DNA of 64,000 nucleotides from contig CAJNYD010000047.1 in the NCBI GenBank assembly GCA_905331295.1, positions 124,001-188,000 of the forward strand, read 5' to 3'. The notes beneath the pieces were generated by a model that worked only from the letters and a program-made list of their open reading frames with translations, had not been told where the DNA came from and did not search any database. Both the position numbers and the translations under genes were made by a program. The stretch comes from Rotaria socialis. Its lineage: Eukaryota. Shown piece after piece: positions 55,501-64,000 of the stretch; the stretch's first letter is position 1, and every line of letters begins with the position of its first letter.

Positions 55501-57571
55501 ATGTTGTATAGACTTGATTTTTGATCTCCATCAGAAGATCTAATCAGCTAAACAATTGTTTTTGATGATTACTTCGGTTCGTTAACAAATAGCGTCAACG
55601 TTCTTGCGCTCTATTGGATAAGAACTTTACAACATCTGGAAAAATTTGCTCCTGAATAAATGTTTTTCTTACAAATAGATTACTTGAGCGATCGTATTCT
55701 ATTTTGCTTGTGATTGATATCTCAATTATTAAATTAATACAAGTATAGAGGTTTCTACTAAAATAAAGACTCTGCTAATCTCTTCCAGTTATTATTTAAT
55801 GAAGCAGAAAAACAACAACTGTTCTTATTTTGTTTTCTAGTTTTCAAGATGTACTCTTCGATGCTTATCGTTCGCATGAACCAACTAAAATTGTCCATTA
55901 TCTTGTTCGACTTGTGTAAGTTCTTTTTCTCTTAGTATATTCATAAATCACACATAATAATATAATCACTTGATGTATAATTACACATACTGCATCTTTA
56001 ACAGATTAACAAAGCTTAAATGCACGAAAATCCTTTTTTAATTATTAATGAAAAAAAAAGAAAATATAAAATGAGAGTAAAACGAAGCAGAACAAACGAC
56101 AACATTGTATTTGCTTTTCTTTCTACAAAAAAGACTTCTACATATTGATTTATGACAAAATATTTGAAAAAAATAGAAAGAATAATAATGCTAGTCCGTT
56201 CCGCCTATTCTCGTTTTCGAGAAAATATATAATGTGATGTATGCGTTGACATATTATCACCAATAGCTGGATTTCCACCGCCACCAGTTGATCCTAATAT
56301 TTGATAGCCTAAACGCATCATTCTACTGATAACATCCATATAAACAGGTGGATGTTCGTCTTTTTCAGCTGAATAATTTCCAAACCAAACAAACGATGAA
56401 TCGGCTGCATTTGGAAGTATTTCATAGACAAGTTCTTTTTCAGCAAATATCCGATAGTGTTTAGGATAAGAAACAAGAACAATCAATGAAACAACATCGA
56501 TTCGACCAGAAATCGATTCATTCGATGAAGCATTAACAATAGTACCGTTAGAGTCAGATGATGCCATTGATAATGTAATACAGAAATAAAATATGATATG
56601 AACAAGGAGTGTGTAGAGGGGTATGGGCGGTCCAATAAGATAAAGAAGAAAAAAACGACTAAGTTCTTAAGATAATAATTAAGGACATAGCTGCTTTTAG
56701 AGAAAAAAAAAGAAGAAAAAACAGAGAGGACAGTTAGGCTGGTTCTCTGTGTATCGTGCAGCAAGGTCTTTCTGTTCTTGGTTCGTCTTTCTTTTCGCTT
56801 AAGACCGGCTGATTGACATGATGAATGACATTTTCTTTATCTGGCAGTGGCTTTGCTATGCTGTTGTCCGTCTGTTTCTTGCATACCACATCAGTTTGTT
56901 GCTGTTAATGGGTGTTGTTGTTATTATTATTATTATTATTAGTGTTGTTGCGATCTCATTTTCTTTGTGTAACACACGTTGTTGCCCTTACTCGATGAAA
57001 ATACTTCTTCCTCTATCTTCCACATTTGCTATTCGTAAGACATTGATAAGTGTGCAAGAAAAAAAATAGAAAAATATTATTAATTATGATAATCTTGACG
57101 ACACTTTATTATTGAAGTTAAATATCGTTTGTCATCTTGAGCGTTTTCTCTTCTTTGGTATATACTTAAGTCATTAGATGCATATACTAGTTGACATTCT
57201 CTTAAAAATCAATTGGGAGAAGTTTTAGATTGATTGCTATGCAGAATATCATTAGAAGACAAAAACCAAAATTGTCATCTCTTAGATATATTTAGATGTA
57301 TATGTACGCATATACAGATCAAGTAGAAATAATGAGAAATGGTTTTTCTAAAAAGTTTTTTCTATTATAGAAAATCTATAAATCGTGCACTTGCTAAACT
57401 TTACGTCAAAGATGAAGAAATAGAATTGGCTAAAGTAATTATAATTAGCATTCTTTTATTAATTGTTTATTAACATGCTTATAGGCTCGTCTATTGCTTT
57501 ATCATATGTGTCGTCTATCACTTAAAGAAGGTCTTGAATTACTTGGTATTGAAGCACTCACTCGTATATGA
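52533..57571 (+). CDS. RARS2: Arginine--tRNA ligase, mitochondrial type, multi-exon
   Basis: VVEFSSPNIAKPLHAGHLRST (HIGH motif), LNYLGDWGTQYG, KSDGTTLYITRDIAA, YCHARLC, DALR region EPTKIVHYLVRL...ARLLLY...EGLELLGIEALTRI*. Last exons 55841-55915, 57371-57434, ~57485-57571. Confidence 0.92.
56205..56567 (-). CDS. Nested antisense 120-aa protein, GFRP/KCTD C-terminal-domain-like (tentative)
   Basis: Uninterrupted ORF with normal globular composition inside RARS2 intron 55916-57370; C-terminal VISRMMRLGYQILGSTGGGG...SHYIFSRK. Confidence 0.7.
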   Translation of the reverse strand: MASSDSNGTIVNASSNESISGRIDVVSLIVLVSYPKHYRIFAEKELVYEILPNAADSSFVWFGNYSAEKDEHPPVYMDVISRMMRLGYQILGSTGGGGNPAIGDNMSTHTSHYIFSRKRE

Positions 57572-58219
57572 TTTGTTATTTGTTTTCTTTAAATAAATGA
57601 AAAAAAAATTTTTTTTTGTCTTGTTAAATTAATATTAATCGGAAAAAACATATTACAATTTGTTTTATTCAAAATATTGATAAATTCGAGATAAATATAA
57701 AAATCAAAAATTTCCTCATGTATATTTGATACTACTAAGATAAGAATATCAAATATTAAGAAAATAATCATGGAAAGAAATGTAATACGATAGGATCATT
57801 CCAAAAAGCAAAAATGTACAGTTGATAAATATAGATTTTACGGCTATGTTCTCTAATAGTAACAGATCCATTTGATCGTGCCATTCTAAATATCGTCATA
57901 GTAATAAACATTGTAAAATTTGTTCTTTACTTCTGCTATAAAACGTTTATAATAATAATAATAATATTTTAATTGTTTGCATATTTTTTAAAAGTTAAAT
58001 GAAAAGAAGAAAGAACACATGATGACTCAATCGGCTTTTAAATTATCTTTTGAGGTTTCAAAAATGAATTTAACTAATTCTATATTTGACAGCTCAAAGC
58101 AAGTTTTGTAAATTGTGTTGATGCATCAACCACCAAGGTTAAATTGACTAGTTTTACATAAGAGTTTATTAATCAAACTTCAGCATATCTATACAAGAGA
58201 GAAAATATTTTTTTCAAGT

Positions 58220-59153
58220 TTAAATCCCTCCAACATCGGTATGACAAAGAAATACAACGACTAAAATATCACAATCCACTCCTTGCATGTTAATTGTTAC
58301 TGAATTATCCGTACGTGTATCCCATAGACATCTTGATGCAACATGTAATCCAGCAGGAATTTTTTGAAAAACAGTGAGATGAACAACGATTTTATATCGT
58401 TGAGCACTACCACCTTTGATAGATGATAAATAATGTTTAACTTTTGAACGTATGAGATTTCCCAATATTAATAATTCTGCTTTATGTGTGTCATCAGAAT
58501 CAAATTCCATACGTTTCGTTTGTTCACTTATATGTACATCTTTTTCGATGCCTGTTTTTAATGCAAACCAATTTACTGGAGGAGCAGGTCCTAATTTATA
58601 ATTGTCAGATTCTCGTATATTTTTACCGGTTATACGCGGTAAGCCAGTATTAATTTTTGGTTGAATATGATCATAGAGCGTTTTCCGTTTCAAATAAGAA
58701 CTACCAGTTACATTCATCGATGAAACTTCTCGAGCTAGTCTTGCCATATTGTTACGTAGTATAAACCGTTTAGCTGCTTCCTGCACTGCTGAATTGTATT
58801 TGGTTGATGTTTCCAGTAGTTGGGTAGTGGATGACGAAATCTGGCTATTTTCCAAAAATGATTCTGTTGAACTACTATTTGCTATGCTTGGGAGATAATG
58901 AGAGCCATCTCGCTTAGATGGACGTGGAACTCGTTGTTTTGTTGTTGCACAAAGTTCACCAATGGGTTTAACCTCGGGAAGTTGAGCATCATATAACTGA
59001 TGTTTAACCATTTTTGTTTCATCATGCATTTTCCTAATCGTAAAGAATCAGAAATATCAAATAATAATTAATATTCAAAAGATCTGTGTAATGTTTCTCA
59101 ATAAATATTACATACCACGATTTAATAGGATATCGTTTTTGTACGTCGACCAT
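58220..59153 (-). CDS. Tctex-1 domain-containing protein (dynein light chain Tctex-type with long N-terminal extension)
   Basis: Exon 59153-59116 (MVDVQKRYPIKSW) is in frame with 59033-58220. C-terminal RYKIVVHLTVFQKIPAGLHVASRCLWDTRTDNSVT is the Tctex-1 signature. Confidence 0.88.
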
Positions 59154-59477
59154 TTTGATTGTATGATTTTCTTTTTTTCGTTAATGAAAAAGATCAAACT
59201 ATGTAAACGAGTCAAAACATCTATGTAGTAGACTTTCTTTGCAGAATCATACGAGAAAAATGGTAGTATGTGCGCATTATAAATTTAACGATGCTGAGAA
59301 GCTCTAGTTTGTTCGTTTCTTAAATGTGTATTTTAGTTGATTAAGAAAATTTTGGATGACAAATAAATGCTTGAAAACGATTATGGTTGAATTTATTGAA
59401 AGCTCGTCAATGTTCCGCCCTATTTTCTTTGGTAAAAATAAATTGAAGCACCTAAAAGAAGTAATAATCGATAGGTA

Positions 59478-60047
59478 GGTGTGCCGTAGAAAGACCGAAA
59501 GGGAAAAATATCGAAAATTTGCACTAAGATGTTTCTATTCTTGAAATCATAATAGCATCATATCATAAATCATAGATAAATAAGAGTTATAAAGAAAAAT
59601 ACACATATCCAATATTTACTAGTTGTTGTTGTTTTATTTAGTTTGAAAATATATTTATCTGATACAAGGAAAGGTTTTCCTTTTTACGACTGAATAAATG
59701 AAATAACTGGAGTTGGCGGATGATTCTCACCAGATAAAAATGAGCAAGCTGTAGTCATCATGATAGAAGTTTAATCGCTGTATACTATTTTACGTCTATT
59801 TTAGCTAGCTTTCATAAGATATAACTTATCAATAGTATCAATGGTTAACAGTGTCAAACCAATGGAATAATCAGATTAACAACAATGAACAATAAACTAT
59901 TAGAACCTTTATTTAGCAGAGACGTCGCTTTTTTCTATCTTTTCTGTTTTCGACATTTTTCCTTCTCTATATTTTTCTTTCGACATCTTTCCTTTTCGAT
60001 ATTTTTCCTTTTCGACATTTTTCCTTTCGGTCTTTCGACGGCCAACC
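59478..60047. mobile_element. 570-bp MITE with GG...CC termini, 8-bp TSD and subterminal tandem repeats
   Basis: TIR GGTGTGCCGTAGAAAGACCGAAAGG vs GGTTGGCCGTCGAAAGACCGAAAGG; TSD GATAGGTA / GATAAGTA; TTTTCGACATTTTTCC-like units repeated at ~59947-60026. Confidence 0.8.
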
Positions 60048-60749
60048 GATAAGTACGCTGTTCTTAGGTTATCTAGCATATTTAACAAGTGGACTACAAT
60101 TTTTCTCCTCTTTACACAATGTTCATATCCAATAGGGTATTTGATTTATTTCGCACATTTTACAGACTAATTATTCGTCTGCAGAATTTTTATGGGTTGT
60201 GTACAAACGTCTAGTTATGAATCAAATATTTGTTTTTAAACTTTTAAATTTACTAATACCTTATGAGGTTCTAAGAACGAACTTAAAATTCTCGACATTC
60301 TATGACACGAACTGATTTAGTAATAGAAATACAAGCAAAAACTTTCAACCGTCTCTCATCGGTTAAATCTTCGTTATATATTTCAATATATTATAATTTT
60401 ACTTTTTGAAGATAAAATTTTACTTATTTGGTTAAGTTATTATTAATAATATTTTAGAAAAGAAAAATACAGCTTTCAATGAAATACAATGCTTCGTCTT
60501 CTCTTTTGCCTTTCGTCGTTTTCAGGACAAAAAGGTATGCCACATTGAATAAATATACAAATGCGCAGTTCAAATGATGCTCGTCTTAATGAAAACAGAA
60601 TGACGGCGACTGAAGATATTTCCATATGTTTTAAGAATGAAAAACATCTATGTAATTAAAAATCTTATTTCGCTTTATTTCTGATTGTAATAAATAGGAA
60701 GAATAATTATGAAATAAATTTCGCTGACACTCTTATGATAATGTGTCTT

Positions 60750-62459
60750 TTAAGCATAGACTTTGCCTTCGATGTATTCCAATAAAGCTAATTCACCAGC
60801 CAGTGTTTCTTTTCCTGTTGGAACAATTTGATCTTCCGGTAACAAAAATCCATATTCACCTAAGAATCAAGAATGATAATAATAGAATTGATATTTTACT
60901 TGTCGAAATAAAACTATGCTACTTACCAGTATCTCGAAGTTCAACGGCGTAACTGAATGTTATATTAGCTGTACCAAATGTCCAATCGACTGTATTACCC
61001 GATGCAATATAAATAGTGGAACCAATATTACCATGAACATAATTAGTGCCTTTGAGAAAAAAATATAATGCTGCATCATAAAACTCTACTCTACTTACCA
61101 AAAACAGCGCCGAGTGCTTTAACAGCTTTAGCTGATCCATCGTCTTGCAATTTGAATTGTGCTGGTTTGCTTGTTGTATAACCTAATAAGAAAAATGACA
61201 ATAGAAATTTTCATATGATCATAATTACCCCATGGTGACATCCATAATTGCGAATACGAATGAAAATTAATGTAGTGTACAAAAGTATCATTATGAGTAA
61301 GAAGAAAATTTGATACTTGTGCTGTTTCAACTTCGGAAAATGGTTTACTACCACAGTATGTATCATCGCATGGATCAGATGAAGCACCACCTAGAAATAT
61401 CATCAGAATAAATGATTAGATAGATAATAAATAAAAAGTTACCTTCACACCAATGATAATTCCAATTACGATTTGGATCAGCACCAATACAACCCGGTTG
61501 TGATGTTTTGCTGCGAGTCTTACGCCATAGTCGATCTAAAAATCGTGTTTACTGTCAATTTTCTCAATGCTTCTCTACTTTACCGCTTTTCCATGTATAC
61601 GCATAACCATCAACATTAAAGACAGGTAAAATATAATAATCGAATTGATCTACGAAATGAGTAATTGTTGGGTCTGTACCATAGCTCGATAAAAGTGAAT
61701 GAGCAATGTAGATATTCGTCGCTGGACTAATCCATTCTCGAGCATGAATACCTGAAAAGAAATATTTTCAAAATAATTTATGAAAAAAACAAAATGCGAA
61801 ACTATCGCTTACCTCCATCCCACCAAACAGCTTTTTTAGCATTTACGGGAATGCCAGCAACTGTAACTGCTGTTTTACTCGATGATATTTTTAAACCTTT
61901 CATTTGACGTTTTTCATAGGATGTGCCAACAATAAATGATGTCGCCAATGAAGGATATGTTTGTACCATTGTATCAATCCATGCATGAATTTCTTCAATA
62001 GGATGATATTTATCATATGCAAAAGCACCAACATTTTCATATGATGGTATTAATTTATGAATTAAGTTTTGTCGTTCAATAATAGATCCAATATCTTTCA
62101 TAATAACATGATATTTTATTTTTATATCATCGGATGATAAAAAACTAGCAAAACTTTCAATAGATTCAGGTGCTATACTAACATCAATCTAATAAAAACA
62201 AAACAGAAAAGAGTATATGTTATAGATAAACAAAACTATTGAATTCTACCGGAATATTCACACGGAATTCTTCAGACCAAAAGTTAATATTTTGTTGATA
62301 TGCTGCGCGACTAAAACCAAGTAATTTAGCTACTTGTTCGTTGTTGGTAACATCTAAACGCCATAATTGATATTGTGAATACGATTTGAAACCGTAAACA
62401 TTTAAATGAATAGTCAATAATAGAAATAATGGTATAAAATAGGGCAGCAACATTTTCAT
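60750..62459 (-). CDS. Zinc carboxypeptidase A/B family (M14A) preproenzyme, multi-exon
   Basis: Signal peptide [23 protein letters not shown] and activation peptide; [78 protein letters not shown]. Zn ligands and catalytic Glu intact. Confidence 0.95.
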
Positions 62460-63727
62460 ATCTTCACGAGCCAAGAAAATATGAAAAAGAAAAATATAAT
62501 CATCGACATGAAGCTCTACATAAACTCCAACATGGGGAGAGAGATATGACAAAAAGTAGATAACAGAGTGTATTGTTTGCTAGTAAAAAAAATGTTTATA
62601 TGTAACAGAAAATGACAGTCAGCATGATAGATCAAGACTCTTAAAAAACGAAACAACAAAAAGAGCCTTGAAATACTAACTGTTAAAACTGAATGGAGAC
62701 CGATGTATTCAAAATCGATGACTTGATCACGATTAATTGCGCGATTAAGTCGCAACATATCGCCAAAACTGATGATTTTTTTGTCGATTGGAGGGAGATG
62801 AGTACACCCACACTTGCAGTTCTATTACACTCATATAACATTGTTCAAATTTTTTTTGCGAAAGGCTCTGATGACACAGGACGATGTCTTATTCTTTACA
62901 GGTATTACGCTAAACTCGACTAATTTCTAATTCAATAAAATACCCTTCAAGGTTCTAGTATAAGCATCATTTTTCATTGAACTTTTTTTTATTAAACTTC
63001 TTTCTTCATACATATAGACTTGAAACTTTTGAGCGTAAGATTTATCCGTATGGAGAATTCTTGAACTAAAGACTAAAGAGTAGTTTGATTAGAGCACTGA
63101 TTAGCATTTATTTGTTCCAAATATAATGTTCTATCGATCTGAAAAGTAGCAATGTAAAATCAACTTCTCTCGAATCAACGTGAGGTGACGCTCAAATTAC
63201 TTGATTAAAATTGAGGGAAAATAACACCTGAGGAACTCATTTTTAATGAGAAAAATTTCAATCAGATCATATTCTTTGTAAATATTTTTTTTAAATACCA
63301 GAGCAAAACTTTTTGTTCTGCGGATTTTCTCGTTTGATGGGATTTATCGGATCTAATAAGTTACCTTACTTGAAATAAAAAGGAAATGAAATAAAATTTT
63401 ATTCTCAAAATATTATTGGGAGACATTGATGGCAGATAAATAGAAAGACGATGAAAGGTAAAATCAAAATTGTCACTTGAATTTTTTCTTTCGACGTTCA
63501 ACCTTTCTAATTTCTTTTTTTATACATTTAAACACGAATCACATTTTTCTATTGCCTTTCAATTAGAATAGTCTGTTTGACACCTCTGAATGTGATATTG
63601 TTCTTTGTTCAAATAATTTGTTTTTATTTTCTTTTCGCCAATGAGAAGAGAATTTAGAAACAAACAATGAGTCCATAAGTGTGTATATACAACGTCGACA
63701 ATAACATTACAACTACAATTAAGATGG

Positions 63728-64000
63728 ATGACTCAGCATAACGTTCATATTCTTGATCTTCCTGATGAAATATTACTTCTCGTTTTGAAGAAACTCGACA
63801 ATATTGATGTTCTTTACTCTTTACTCGGTATTAACAATCGTCGACTTGATGTTATAGTTCAAGAAAAAATCTTCACTGATGTTCTTAGTTTTGTTTCCAT
63901 ATCAAACTTAACTGAAGAAATTTCTCCAATTTCAGCCTTAGCATTAAATCGATTTCGTAATGGCATATTACCAAGAATCCATAAAAATGTCAAATCGTTC
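63728..64000 (+). CDS. F-box domain protein, 5' part (runs off window)
   Basis: MTQHNVHILDLPDEILLLVLKKLDNIDVLYSLLGINNRRLD...ILPRIHKNVKSF, open to the window end; LDLPDEILL is the F-box signature. Confidence 0.85.
   Translation, partial: MTQHNVHILDLPDEILLLVLKKLDNIDVLYSLLGINNRRLDVIVQEKIFTDVLSFVSISNLTEEISPISALALNRFRNGILPRIHKNVKSF

Noticed and set aside
52533..57571. ArgRS as a horizontally acquired bacterial gene
   Set aside because: Intron-rich, with motifs matching the ordinary mitochondrial RARS2 type.
38752..59153. CEP89 plus Tctex-1 protein as a ciliary gene cluster
   Set aside because: Two ciliary genes 12 kb apart with unrelated genes between them is expected by chance in a ciliated animal.

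Overview
Eukaryotic, very AT-rich genomic DNA with many short (~50-80 bp) GT-AG introns. This gene style, plus an F-box gene and peptide GPCRs, suggests a bdelloid rotifer (inference, not proven). Hand-spliced genes, in order: 5' part of a laminin alpha 3/5-type chain (-), an NPY/neuropeptide-type GPCR (-), a ~14.5 kb MAP3K4/MEKK4 (-), a small Cys-rich secreted protein (+) tail-to-tail with a second peptide GPCR (-), CEP89 (+), a 97-aa secreted peptide-precursor-like gene (-), mitochondrial-type arginyl-tRNA synthetase (+) with an antisense nested 120-aa gene in one intron, a Tctex-1 domain protein (-), an M14 carboxypeptidase (-) and the start of an F-box protein (+). Large introns and intergenic DNA carry many non-autonomous DNA transposons: hAT MITEs with intact 8-bp TSDs (one nested in another), a long foldback element holding a hAT transposase 3' end and an inverted 81-bp copy of a MAP3K4 exon, and a mariner relic. 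There is an N gap at 50153-50756 and a single N at 14150. No rRNA, tRNA or CRISPR array was recognised. The best candidates for undescribed biology are the two small secreted-protein genes not assembled by the ORF track and the nested GFRP/KCTD-CTD-like gene. All homology calls come from motif recognition, not database searches.
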